Positions 1 to 8,209 of a DNA stretch of 44,839 bases are shown in pieces (positions within the stretch are counted from its first letter, which is position 1; each line of letters opens with the position of its first letter). This DNA comes from Paludibacteraceae bacterium (GTDB lineage: Bacteria; Bacteroidota; Bacteroidia; Bacteroidales; Paludibacteraceae), in contig JAFUXZ010000135.1 of assembly GCA_017470795.1 (NCBI GenBank), positions 1 to 44,839 on the forward strand, in the 5' to 3' direction. The notes beneath the pieces were generated by a model that worked only from the letters and a program-made list of their open reading frames with translations, had not been told where the DNA came from and searched no databases. Position numbers and translations under genes: made by a program.

Positions 1-11
1 CTCGCCAGCAC
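1..11. repeat. Terminal direct repeat, left copy (CTCGCCAGCAC)
   Basis: Exactly identical to 44829..44839. Confidence 0.9.
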
Positions 12-160
12 CGCAGGCATTTTTTAGCGCTGACAGTACCTTCGGCCCGCGCAAAAATAAATTTTCGATGGGGTGGAGTGGCAAAAAACAGTTATTGCCT
101 TCGCGCGTCGTTGCGTTTTTTTTCTGCAGCTGTCAGCAAAGATCGATCGCTTTGCTTGTG

Positions 161-862
161 CTACTTCATAATCTGTGCGACGTGGTGCTCGAACCTTTTG
201 CTCAGCTTCTCCGCCACCAGTTCTTCGATCGTCTCTTGTGCTCGGCCGCTGATCATCTGCGGCACCGACAATGTCCGGACTGCTTCGATCGGCATGCGAC
301 TGCTTTCACTCTTGCGCTGGAACGGAAGAGTACTGCCACCGTTGCCGCTCGCGATGAACGTGCCCGGCCCGAGTGAAACGCGGCTGCCTTTGATGATCGT
401 CGCTTTCACGTTGTACTTCTTCGGTGGTCTGATCGTTGCCACCTCGTTGCCGCTCGCAGTGTTGATCGCTTGGCCCGGCACGCGGATCGCTCTGCTCTGC
501 TGTCCCGCCGGACGTGCCTTGGGGGACTGGTTAAAATGGGAGGGGGTGAGGGTTCTTCCTTTATACTCGAGGGAGGCACCGTCAACAGACACGCCGCTCA
601 CTTTGATCTGCGTCGCGCCCCGCTTCACTCGCGGGCCCGCTTCCTTAATTGCTCCACCGTCCACGCCGTACCACTGGCGGATCCCTTTCGATACCCACGC
701 TGGTGCTCGGCTTGTGAAGTCCGACACGGTTCGCTTGATCGCAGTCTCGCCTCCGCTCTCCAGTTTCTGGAGCTGGCGCAGCAGCTTGTCTGCGTCCTTC
801 AGGGCGACGTTAAATCCGCCGCTCGTGCGTCGAGCCGCACCGGCATAGAATAGATTGCTCAC
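161..862 (-). CDS. Putative tail-completion protein (lambda gpZ / HK97 gp10-like), last gene before the genome end
   Basis: ORF 161..886 trimmed to the GTG at 862, which follows GAAGGAGG with a 7-nt spacer. The C-terminal pattern GTFIASG..LPFQRKS..RMPIEAV..ETIEELVAEKL resembles gpZ-type proteins. This is from memory, not searched. Confidence 0.5.
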   Translation of the reverse strand: MSNLFYAGAARRTSGGFNVALKDADKLLRQLQKLESGGETAIKRTVSDFTSRAPAWVSKGIRQWYGVDGGAIKEAGPRVKRGATQIKVSGVSVDGASLEYKGRTLTPSHFNQSPKARPAGQQSRAIRVPGQAINTASGNEVATIRPPKKYNVKATIIKGSRVSLGPGTFIASGNGGSTLPFQRKSESSRMPIEAVRTLSVPQMISGRAQETIEELVAEKLSKRFEHHVAQIMK

Positions 863-924
863 CGCGCCGCCTCCTTCCGCATACACAAAAACGCCCGGCT
901 GCTCAGTGCGTGCCGCGCGTCTGT

Positions 925-965
925 GGTTGTCCGTCGGTCGTCCGCTGGTCGTCCTGCGGTCGTTT
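925..965 (+). repeat. Iteron cluster A: four 8-mers at 11-bp phase (GGTTGTCC, GGTCGTCC, GGTCGTCC, GGTCGTTT)
   Basis: Units start at 925, 936, 947 and 958. Positions 936..963 are 28/28 identical to 11475..11502. Confidence 0.85.
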
Positions 966-977
966 CCGACAGTTTAC

Positions 978-1007
978 ACTATAAACCGGGCTTCTGATCT
1001 TGTTCAA
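978..1007 (-). promoter_or_regulatory. Candidate sigma-A-type promoter reading into iteron cluster A and the gpZ-like gene
   Basis: On the minus strand: TTGAAC (1002..1007), an 18-nt spacer, then TATAGT (978..983). Confidence 0.25.
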
Positions 1008-1102
1008 CCTCACTTACTCCTTTTTGCTCCCATTCACTCCTAAATTGTCCCCACACAATGCCCTGTGCCGCGTTTTTTCAATGGTTGTCGATATATTTAT
1101 CG

Positions 1103-1150
1103 AAAAATAAAAAAATCCCGCCAGAGCGCCGAATATTGGCTCGTGGCGGG
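1103..1150 (-). terminator. Rho-independent terminator after the late-regulator gene
   Basis: GC-rich stem of cccgccagagc (from 1117) with gctcgtggcggg (to 1150), containing one bulge. It is followed on the minus strand by ATTTTTTTATTTTT. Confidence 0.55.
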
Positions 1151-1161
1151 TTTCGCCTGAT

Positions 1162-1668
1162 TTATGGCAGGGAAGTGGTGCTTCCGGGTGGAAAAACTGC
1201 TGCGAGGTGCTGCAGAGCCTCGCCGTGCACCCGGAACGTGCGCTTCATGTACCGCTCCGGGTTGTCCTCATACTCGTCGAGCATGCCGAAGAGTGAGAAG
1301 GCGATCGGCTCCCAGCCCTGCGTGTCGATGTACCTCATCTCGAGTACGCCTTGCTCGTCCGGATCAGCCAGCAGGTTGATCATGTCCTCGAGTTCCTTCC
1401 GCAGGTGCCGCTCTTGTCTCGTCAGCTTCGAGATCTTCTGCTCGAGCTCGTCCTTCTTCTCAGTGTAGCGCTCGGCCTTGGTTGGTCTCTTCTGTCCTCT
1501 GCCGGACGGCATACCCGAGAAGTTGGCCGTCGGCAGCGTGTCTATCTCTTCCATGAGGTTTTCCAGTCTCGTGATCAGCAGGTCGATCCGGCGCTGCAGA
1601 TCCCCGTAGCTCTTCAGCTTTGCTTTGATCTCGCCGGTGTCCCTTGGCCGTGTCTGTATTTCCTGCAT
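1162..1668 (-). CDS. Putative late-gene transcriptional regulator (sigma-70 region-4-like / phage RinA-ArpU-type position)
   Basis: ORF 1162..1725 trimmed to the ATG at 1668 after AAGGAGG. It has an N-terminal coiled coil and a C-terminal LEMRYIDTQGWEPIAFSLF HTH-like segment. It sits just before the packaging end of the genome. Confidence 0.45.
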   Translation of the reverse strand: MQEIQTRPRDTGEIKAKLKSYGDLQRRIDLLITRLENLMEEIDTLPTANFSGMPSGRGQKRPTKAERYTEKKDELEQKISKLTRQERHLRKELEDMINLLADPDEQGVLEMRYIDTQGWEPIAFSLFGMLDEYEDNPERYMKRTFRVHGEALQHLAAVFPPGSTTSLP

Positions 1669-1711
1669 GGCTTCCTCCTTAGTCAATAACTTACTTAAAC
1701 GCCCGGCGCTT

Positions 1712-3040
1712 TTATTGCATGCCAAGGCCCCGGACTATATCTTGTTCTCTCTCTGATAGTTCCCATCTATGCGCTGCCGCTCGCTCCGCTGCCGCTCGCT
1801 CCGCTGCCGCTCGCTCCGCTGCCGCTCGCTCGCTGATCAGGTAGCCTTTGCCGTAGATCGCTTTGCCGTATTCCTTTTGTGCGTCCAGCGCCGAGATCGG
1901 GCAGGACTCCTTCACGCTCACCCGGAAGTCGACGCCGTACTTGCTGTACCTCTGCACCGCTGCGCTGGTGAGTACGCAGTCCGGGTAGCTGTACTTCGGG
2001 AGCTCCTTGTGCTGCTCCCGGAGGTTCTCTTCGTTCGCGTACCTGACGGCCGCGTATAGTGTCGGAGCCGTCCGGATCCGCAGATCCTTGTCCTCGAGGT
2101 TAGTCAGGAATGATGTGCTGACCGTGGCGCCGTTCTCATACGTCACGCCCACGCCGACCGGCAGGGCGCAGCCAGCTGCAGCGCTGGCCGAAGAGAAGAG
2201 CGTCAGGGCGGGTGCGAAGAGAAAGAACTTAATCCCGTTCTCCATGTACCACGCGAGGATCTCGCTCAGTATGCTGAAGGGCGGGTTGTCGACGACGATC
2301 GCGTTCTTCTTGTACTTGTACGACTGATAGTCGCCGCCCGGGTAGAATGGCCGGACGAAGTTCTTCCGGTCGAGGTTGTATTCGTTGGCCACCCAGTCGG
2401 CCACGGCGTCATATACGATGTCCGGGGTGTAGCAGTCGTCGGTCGTTCTCTTGGCCTCGAACTTCTCGATGAACTCTTGATACTCTTCCGACTCTTCGTC
2501 GAGGTCGTCGTTGTCGTAGCGTTCCCGGTTCTCGAACCAGTCGTCGCCCTCATACCCCTCTTCATTGATCGCGTCGATCAGTCCGTCGGTCAGCTCCCTG
2601 AGTGTCTCGTCGGTGTAGCCGGTGAGCTCGATCGGCACGTCGTCCATGTCTACTTCCGCGAAGATCTCCGCGAGTTGCTGGCGGTCAATCTCTGCCAGCT
2701 CCGCGATCCGGTTGTCGGCCAACAGGTCGGCGTACTCTTCGGCCTCGCTGGCGTAGTTCTGATAGTCTACCGGCACCCGCTTCAGGCCGAGGGACTTGGC
2801 GGCCAGCAGGCGGCCGTGTCCCTTTACGACGTAGCCGGAGGCGGTGCTCACCGTGATCGGCGCCCTCCAGCCCGTCTGCCGGATGATCTGAGCCAGTAGG
2901 GCGATCTGATCCTCCGGGTGCGTGTTCGGGTTCCGGGGGTTCGGGATCAGCTTCTTTATGTCTACAATCTTATCGTGGGCGCAGAACACTGGCACGGTGT
3001 CGGCCACTGCCTTGTAGTCTGCGTCGGTTCTATAGTTCAT
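1712..3040 (-). CDS. ParB-like N-terminal domain fused to an N6-adenine DNA methyltransferase
   Basis: The N-terminus (KKLIPNPRNPNTH..GHGRLLAA) is ParB/Srx-like. The catalytic motif IV is VVDNPPFS. The C-terminus carries (ERAAA)x4. Confidence 0.75.
   Translation of the reverse strand: MNYRTDADYKAVADTVPVFCAHDKIVDIKKLIPNPRNPNTHPEDQIALLAQIIRQTGWRAPITVSTASGYVVKGHGRLLAAKSLGLKRVPVDYQNYASEAEEYADLLADNRIAELAEIDRQQLAEIFAEVDMDDVPIELTGYTDETLRELTDGLIDAINEEGYEGDDWFENRERYDNDDLDEESEEYQEFIEKFEAKRTTDDCYTPDIVYDAVADWVANEYNLDRKNFVRPFYPGGDYQSYKYKKNAIVVDNPPFSILSEILAWYMENGIKFFLFAPALTLFSSASAAAGCALPVGVGVTYENGATVSTSFLTNLEDKDLRIRTAPTLYAAVRYANEENLREQHKELPKYSYPDCVLTSAAVQRYSKYGVDFRVSVKESCPISALDAQKEYGKAIYGKGYLISERAAAERAAAERAAAERAAAHRWELSEREQDIVRGLGMQ
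1773..1832. repeat. 15-bp tandem repeat x4 (gctgccgctcgctcc) inside the methyltransferase 3' end
   Basis: Read directly from the sequence. The last unit has one substitution. It encodes AAAER repeats. Confidence 0.9.
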
Positions 3041-3609
3041 GCTTTGCCTCCTTCGAGCTGTTCGTTCATGTTCTTGGTGATCGCTGCGCGGACTCGATCC
3101 TGCAGATGCTTGTCGGTCTCGCCTTCGTTCCGCTTCACGCCGTACTTCTTGGCGACCTTGTCGAGCGCGTCGCCGGTCGCAGGCTTAGGGATCGGTGCCG
3201 TCCTCTTCATGTGGAGCTTGTCCTTTGTGGCTGCTGCGAACAGGATCCGCTGCTCGTAGTGCCTGTTGATCTCGCCCGACTGACGTTCGACGCCGTAGAT
3301 CGGGCCGAGGGTGTTCAGCGTCATGCCGTGCATGGCGTCCTTCAGTGTCAGCGCTGTGTGGATCCTTCGAGCCGCTTCACGCAGCCGTCTGATCAGCTCT
3401 GTTGCTTCAGCCAGCAGGAAGATTATCAGCACGACCGCTGCCGGGATCCAGATCAGGCCGCAGGCAGTCAGGCTCCAGTCTATGCCCGGCAAGAAGCCGA
3501 GGGCCTTGGCTGCGATCAGGGCGAGCCATACGGCCACGCCGGCCGCAAGCTCAATGGCGATCGCTTTGTTTATTTTGTCTTTCTTCTCCGTGGTCGTGTT
3601 CCTCTTCAT
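3037..3609 (-). CDS. Hypothetical membrane protein
   Basis: ATG at 3609 after AAGGAGG. Two or three hydrophobic helices are present (AIAIELAAGVAVWLALIAA, LIWIPAAVVLIIFLLA). ATGA overlap with the next gene. Confidence 0.6.
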   Translation of the reverse strand: MKRNTTTEKKDKINKAIAIELAAGVAVWLALIAAKALGFLPGIDWSLTACGLIWIPAAVVLIIFLLAEATELIRRLREAARRIHTALTLKDAMHGMTLNTLGPIYGVERQSGEINRHYEQRILFAAATKDKLHMKRTAPIPKPATGDALDKVAKKYGVKRNEGETDKHLQDRVRAAITKNMNEQLEGGKA

Positions 3610-4012
3610 CTTCTGCCTCCTTGCTGTAGAATGTGAACTCCACCCACATGATCTTCTTGCTGTGGTCGGTGGCGCTGCCGGTGATCCTGCAGTCGTCCTC
3701 GATGATCTTCTTGACGATGTCCGCTCTGATCACGTCGCTGAGTGTGGACTTCTCGCCGCGTTCGCTCTTTGCTTCCTGAGTTTCCACGAAGGTGATCAGA
3801 TCCTTCTGGAGCTCTGCGTCTATTCTTTCAAAGAATCCCATCTTCTTGTCCTCCTTGTTGTTATCTTCAAAGATTGTGTCGAGCACCGGGCGCACTCCGC
3901 CGGGTGCGTACTTGTAGATCAGGACTCGGGGCAGGCGAGGGAAGAACTGTCGCCGGTCGAGTCTGAGCATGTAGTTCGGTTTCGAGACGTTCCTTTGTTT
4001 CGCCCTCTTCAT
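3551..4012 (-). CDS. Hypothetical protein with a possible second in-frame start at 3841
   Basis: ATG at 4012 follows AAGGAGG. The in-frame ATG at 3841 also follows AGGAGG. Confidence 0.5.
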   Translation of the reverse strand: MKRAKQRNVSKPNYMLRLDRRQFFPRLPRVLIYKYAPGGVRPVLDTIFEDNNKEDKKMGFFERIDAELQKDLITFVETQEAKSERGEKSTLSDVIRADIVKKIIEDDCRITGSATDHSKKIMWVEFTFYSKEAEDEEEHDHGEERQNKQSDRH

Positions 4013-4024
4013 GGTCTTGCCTCC

Positions 4025-4507
4025 TTATATGCTGAGGTCGAACAGGCTGATCTGTCCGTATCGTTCTTCGAGATATAGATCAGCCCACTCGCGGCACTCG
4101 CGTTCCTTGCAGAAGCGGGGACTGATTCGCTGCGGGAGCCAGTATGGCCACACCTCTTTTGTTATCATGTCCACCGCGTAATCCTGCCCGTCTCTGGTAT
4201 ATGATCTTAGGTTGCCACCTGCACCGGGATCGTGTGTCCATAAAAGCTCGATCTCGCTGCGGATTTCCTTCTCTGTGACCTCGTGGCCGGGCTTCGCGTA
4301 CATCTTGTGCTCGTAGTCTTCCTGCGGATTGCTGCCAGCGATGTGAACGTATAAGTCGCGGTAGCTGTCGAACTTCAGGCGCTTGGCCTTTTTATTCGGC
4401 CGGACTTCGAGGTGGTAGAGTCCCTCTACACTGTCCCTGATTGTGTAAATGTTTCCGCCGACCTTGCACTGAAGGCAGCAGGCCTTGTCCGGCCTCGACC
4501 ACTTCAT
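4025..4507 (-). CDS. Hypothetical protein
   Basis: 160-aa ORF, ATGA-coupled to the upstream small ORF. Confidence 0.6.
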   Translation of the reverse strand: MKWSRPDKACCLQCKVGGNIYTIRDSVEGLYHLEVRPNKKAKRLKFDSYRDLYVHIAGSNPQEDYEHKMYAKPGHEVTEKEIRSEIELLWTHDPGAGGNLRSYTRDGQDYAVDMITKEVWPYWLPQRISPRFCKERECREWADLYLEERYGQISLFDLSI

Positions 4508-4647
4508 GAGTCCTTCTCCTTCCGCTTCATGTACTCCCGGTGCATTATCTCGGCTTCCTTGTCAGCTGCCGCCGCGACCAGACAGCACGCGTAGGCGAGA
4601 GCTGCGCAGAAGAGTGCGATCCCGATTATGATGATTTTGCCGATCAT
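4504..4647 (-). CDS. Small hydrophobic protein of 47 aa, below the ORF-track size cutoff
   Basis: Hand translation gives MIGKIIIIGIALFCAALAYACCLVAAAADKEAEIMHREYMKRKEKDS. The start reads AGGAGGacggcATG. The stop overlaps the next ATG (ATGA). Confidence 0.5.
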   Translation of the reverse strand: MIGKIIIIGIALFCAALAYACCLVAAAADKEAEIMHREYMKRKEKDS

Positions 4648-4660
4648 GCCGTCCTCCTTG

Positions 4661-4900
4661 TCATAACTCGCAGCGCTTGTCGCCTTCCTCGATCTGGCAG
4701 CCCTCGATCACCCACGTGTCGAGCGCGATCGACAGGTTGAAGAGTGCCACCTTCAGCGCGTCCTTGTAGGCCTTCCGAAGGATCGGCTTGTGATCCGCCG
4801 GAGCATTTGCATATAGCTTCTCGTGTTTCTTCGTGTGCTGCACTTCCTTCAGCTGACCGAGCACGGTTTCAAGTTCCTTCGTGTAGTTGTAGTGTTTCAT
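4661..4900 (-). CDS. Hypothetical protein
   Basis: 79-aa ORF with a GGAGGTG RBS and an ATGA junction. Confidence 0.55.
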   Translation of the reverse strand: MKHYNYTKELETVLGQLKEVQHTKKHEKLYANAPADHKPILRKAYKDALKVALFNLSIALDTWVIEGCQIEEGDKRCEL

Positions 4901-5289
4901 GGCTGCACCTCCGGGAAGGGAAGGCCGCCCTCTTCAGGTCTTGGCGGCGCCTCCTTGATCAGCCTCAGCGCTTCGAGTGCGCTCCCCATGCCTCCGTGTG
5001 TCGTACCCTGCGAGATCAGTCTTTTGAACACGGCAGGGCCGTCGTCACCGAACAGATCCTCCGCATAGGTGTAGAGCTCAGGATAGCCGTCACCATCGCC
5101 GCTCTCGTTCCAGTTTTCCGGCAGGGCGTCCTCGTCCACGTAGTCGGTCGGGTTCATGTAGAAGTCGAGATGCTCAATGACCTCGCGGGCCTCTGAGTTG
5201 ACGATCCTCTGGTGGTTTTTCATCACTCTCGCGATAGCCTCTGCGGTCATTCCGAAGCGCTCGATCAGATATGCGTTTACGTCTTCCAT
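4897..5289 (-). CDS. Hypothetical protein
   Basis: ORF 4897..5343 trimmed to the ATG at 5289 after GGAGGTG. Confidence 0.55.
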   Translation of the reverse strand: MEDVNAYLIERFGMTAEAIARVMKNHQRIVNSEAREVIEHLDFYMNPTDYVDEDALPENWNESGDGDGYPELYTYAEDLFGDDGPAVFKRLISQGTTHGGMGSALEALRLIKEAPPRPEEGGLPFPEVQP

Positions 5290-5293
5290 GTCT

Positions 5294-5527
5294 TCACCTC
5301 CAAGGGCAGTCTGTTGGGTGTCCCTCTTCATGCGCCGCTTCATCCGGCAGCGATTCGAGAGGGCAGAGCGGGTTGCGCTCCTTGTCTGCGTGTTCGTAGT
5401 AATGGCCCACAGGATACTTGAAGCCAGCGAGGACGCACTTGTAGAAGTCGTCGTCCGCCTTTACCATGAGAGGGCAGAAGAAGCAGCCCTCCGGCATTTC
5501 CATGTTCCTGATCGCGATCCTGCTCAT
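5294..5527 (-). CDS. Hypothetical Cys-rich protein
   Basis: ORF 5294..5704 trimmed to the ATG at 5527 (MSRIAIRNMEMPEGCFFCPL), which is ATGA-coupled to the upstream stop. Confidence 0.5.
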   Translation of the reverse strand: MSRIAIRNMEMPEGCFFCPLMVKADDDFYKCVLAGFKYPVGHYYEHADKERNPLCPLESLPDEAAHEEGHPTDCPWR

Positions 5528-6183
5528 GACTTCCTCCTTCTGGCCTTCTTGGCCGCCCTGCGCTTTGCGCGGTTGCCGTCCGGGTGTGGCATGTTCTTCG
5601 GGGAGTATGCTTTGACGAGTCCGGCCTTGATCCCGCACTCTGTACACATGAGCTTGACGCCCTGCGTCAGCTGCAGGCGGTGTGCTTCCGGGAACTCGTA
5701 GCACTCAGCCCCGCACTCCGGACAGCTGATCAGCTTCCAGTCCGGGTGGCTCTCGCTTACGTCGCCGAGGTTCTTCTTCATCGGCAGCAGCAGGATCCCG
5801 CCCTTGTCTGTCGGCTTCCTTGGTTCGACCTTTACGTCCGGGAAGGGAAGATCTCCCGGCACTTCCTCGTCCGGATCCTCTTCCTGCTCGACCTTCAGGA
5901 TCTCCAGCTGTTCGTCCTTGAATGTCAGTACCATGTCGGTGACCGGCTTCTCTGCGTCCCAGTCGGCCTTGAAGTCCTCCCAGCTGTCGTGCAGCTGCAT
6001 GCCTGCCTCGGTGAGGCTCTGCCAGATCGTCTTGGCCATGACTTCGGCTTCTGGATCCTCCCAGCCGTAAATGTGCCAGCTGTCCGGATCGTAGCTCCAC
6101 TTCGCGACGTAGATCTTGTGGCCGTCTATCGGCCAGCCTGTGTCCTTTGCTATGGCGGACACGACCAGTGGTTTGTATGCCAT
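5524..6183 (-). CDS. Hypothetical protein with a C-terminal zinc ribbon and basic tail
   Basis: CPECGAEC...CTECG motifs are present, and the protein ends in RAKRRAAKKARRRKS. The RBS is good. Confidence 0.6.
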   Translation of the reverse strand: MAYKPLVVSAIAKDTGWPIDGHKIYVAKWSYDPDSWHIYGWEDPEAEVMAKTIWQSLTEAGMQLHDSWEDFKADWDAEKPVTDMVLTFKDEQLEILKVEQEEDPDEEVPGDLPFPDVKVEPRKPTDKGGILLLPMKKNLGDVSESHPDWKLISCPECGAECYEFPEAHRLQLTQGVKLMCTECGIKAGLVKAYSPKNMPHPDGNRAKRRAAKKARRRKS

Positions 6184-6208
6184 GTTCTTGCTCCTTGTTC
6201 TTCGGTGT

Positions 6209-6571
6209 CTATGCTTCGAGCTTTACGGCCGAGACCTTCTTCCTCGAGACAGAGACGCCGTCCTTTGTTTGTTTTATTGATATGGTTGAGTCGGTCAGGC
6301 GGAAGGTGGCGCTCTGCAGGTAGTCGAACACGCAGAGCTTCCCGGTGTCCTTCAGCGAGTCGATCACCTCTTCGGTCACGATGTCCATGCCGAACTCTTT
6401 CGCAGTCTCGCCGCAGATCTTCTCGATATTGTCCGAGCACTGCCGCACGCGTTTGAGGTTGTTGTCGCACGTGCAATTCTCGGATGCGATCCTGTTCGCC
6501 TCGTTCTGGTCTTCAGCCTCTACGAGTCGTGTCTGGCCGCAGAACAGGCACGTGCCGGTCATTTGTTCCAT
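6209..6571 (-). CDS. Hypothetical protein
   Basis: 120-aa ORF with an AGGAGG RBS. Confidence 0.55.
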   Translation of the reverse strand: MEQMTGTCLFCGQTRLVEAEDQNEANRIASENCTCDNNLKRVRQCSDNIEKICGETAKEFGMDIVTEEVIDSLKDTGKLCVFDYLQSATFRLTDSTISIKQTKDGVSVSRKKVSAVKLEA

Positions 6572-6584
6572 GTCTTCCTCCTTG

Positions 6585-6800
6585 TCATTTCTTGTTGATC
6601 TTGTTCATGCGCTCCACCTTCTCGGTGCGCGATGCGTATATATCCATGGTTGCCTTGTGATAGCACTCAGGGCAGAGCAGCTGCTTGCTCCGGCCTGTGT
6701 TGAACTCTTCCATCCAGCGCCGCTCGTAGACCTTGCCGCAGGTGGAGCAGGTCGCCTCTTCATGAAGCTCGGGCCGATATAGTCTTATCCTGCTTGCCAC
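6585..6800 (-). CDS. Small zinc-ribbon protein
   Basis: ORF 6585..7154 trimmed to the GTG at 6800, which follows AGGAGG by 8 nt and lies just after the upstream stop. CSTCG...CPEC motifs are present. Confidence 0.45.
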   Translation of the reverse strand: MASRIRLYRPELHEEATCSTCGKVYERRWMEEFNTGRSKQLLCPECYHKATMDIYASRTEKVERMNKINKK

Positions 6801-6802
6801 TC

Positions 6803-7342
6803 TTAGCGCCTCCTGAATTGATCCGGCTTGTCGCAGGTCGCCCAGTGAGGCACGTGCACCAGCTCGGTGTGGTCTCCGGTTGCGTCCGTGATGTCGCCTC
6901 CGATGATCTTGCCGGAGCGGTCGAGGTACTTGTTCTTGCTCTTCGGGTTCGGCACTATATTGACCGGGTAGGCGTCGCACGGCATTGACTTGCCGGAGCT
7001 CGTCGTCCTCCAGATGATCGGGGCGCCGCAGCTGCGGCAGCGTGTGATGTTTGGTTGCATATCGTTCCTCCATTTCCTCGCGAGTCGATGTCTTGATATA
7101 TAGCCCGGCCCGATGTAGATCGGCTGCTTGTGCACCCAGTAGAGCGGGTTCCACTCGCAGCGCCAGCAGGCTGCGCAGTATGGCTCGTGCCTGTGTTTAC
7201 AGTCCCAGCACTCGCTGATCATGTTGTAGTCGTTGAACTTCGGTGAGTAGACCATATAGGCTGCCCCGCCGATGATCACCAGAAACGGCAGCGAGAACAG
7301 TGCCAGCGCTCCGATCGCGATGATCTTGTCTATTAGTTCCAT
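6803..7342 (-). CDS. Hypothetical membrane-anchored Cys-rich protein
   Basis: N-terminal transmembrane helix (IIAIGALALFSLPFLVIIGGAAY) followed by several CxxC pairs. Confidence 0.6.
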   Translation of the reverse strand: MELIDKIIAIGALALFSLPFLVIIGGAAYMVYSPKFNDYNMISECWDCKHRHEPYCAACWRCEWNPLYWVHKQPIYIGPGYISRHRLARKWRNDMQPNITRCRSCGAPIIWRTTSSGKSMPCDAYPVNIVPNPKSKNKYLDRSGKIIGGDITDATGDHTELVHVPHWATCDKPDQFRRR

Positions 7343-7372
7343 CGGTTCTCCTTCCGGGGATCTTGTCCCTCT

Positions 7373-8209
7373 TCATTGGTTTTTCTTCTTGCTGTCCCTC
7401 TGCAGCTGTCCGATCTTGGTGGTGAGCTTGGCGACCTGCAGAGCTGCCGCCGTGATCTCCGGATCCTCCGACCTGAGCCCGCTCTGGTTCAGCCTCGCGT
7501 GTTCCGCTCTTGTGATCAGGGCGAGGTTGCTGAGGTCGAAGTTCTCGCGGTTCCCGTCGAGGAAGGTCACGAACATGCCCTCCGGGATCGGCCCGTTGTG
7601 CTGCTCCCAGACGAGCCGCTGCTTCTGTCTCCAGTTGACCTGCTTCTTGGCGTTTGGCTGGTCGTCGATCTTCACCCAGATATAGCCGTCGGAGAGCTTC
7701 TTCTCGGTGCCGACCGGCTCGGTCTTCGGTGGTTTGTTCTCGCTTCCGAAGAACGAGTGCTCGCACTTTGCCCGGTGCTCCGGTGTCATTTTCTTGCCTT
7801 TGTTCCACGCTTCACTCTTACGGCCCTTCTGGAAGTGACCGTCCCGCCCGGTCTTGAAGTCGTGGTTCTTCATGCAAGCCACGATACTGCCGAGGCTGCG
7901 CTGCCGATCCGGGAAGCGCCGGTTGAACTCTGCGTGGCACTCCTTCCGGGAGTGTCCGGGTGCGTAGTCTCTCAGGAAGGCCAGCTCGTCCTCGGTGTAA
8001 AACTTCGGATCCTTTGGCTTCGGTTTTCGCGTCCTGCCGCATCTGATCTTGCGGTTCTTCATGGCTGCGATCATGTTCTCGAAGGTGTGGGTGTGGCCCG
8101 GGAAGCGTCTGCCGAGTTCCTCGTAGATCTCACGCCGCGAGTGTCCGGGCGCGTACTCTCTCAGGAAGGCCAGCTCTTCGTCTGTCCATACTCTTCGGCC
8201 GTCGGTCAT
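7373..8209 (-). CDS. HNH homing-type endonuclease with a duplicated N-terminal module
   Basis: The C-terminus reads WRQKQRLVWEQHNGPIP..FLDGNRENFDLSNLALITRAEHARLN, which is HNH_3-like. The N-terminal motif DEELAFLR-YAPGHSR occurs twice. Confidence 0.7.
   Translation of the reverse strand: MTDGRRVWTDEELAFLREYAPGHSRREIYEELGRRFPGHTHTFENMIAAMKNRKIRCGRTRKPKPKDPKFYTEDELAFLRDYAPGHSRKECHAEFNRRFPDRQRSLGSIVACMKNHDFKTGRDGHFQKGRKSEAWNKGKKMTPEHRAKCEHSFFGSENKPPKTEPVGTEKKLSDGYIWVKIDDQPNAKKQVNWRQKQRLVWEQHNGPIPEGMFVTFLDGNRENFDLSNLALITRAEHARLNQSGLRSEDPEITAAALQVAKLTTKIGQLQRDSKKKNQ

Noticed and set aside
1-11. The terminal 11-bp direct repeat as attL/attR cores of an integrated prophage.
   Set aside because: The integrase is a serine recombinase, which leaves no long direct repeat, and it sits mid-window. 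The ends abut terS and a late gene, and no host genes flank them. The pattern fits cos ends or circular closure instead.
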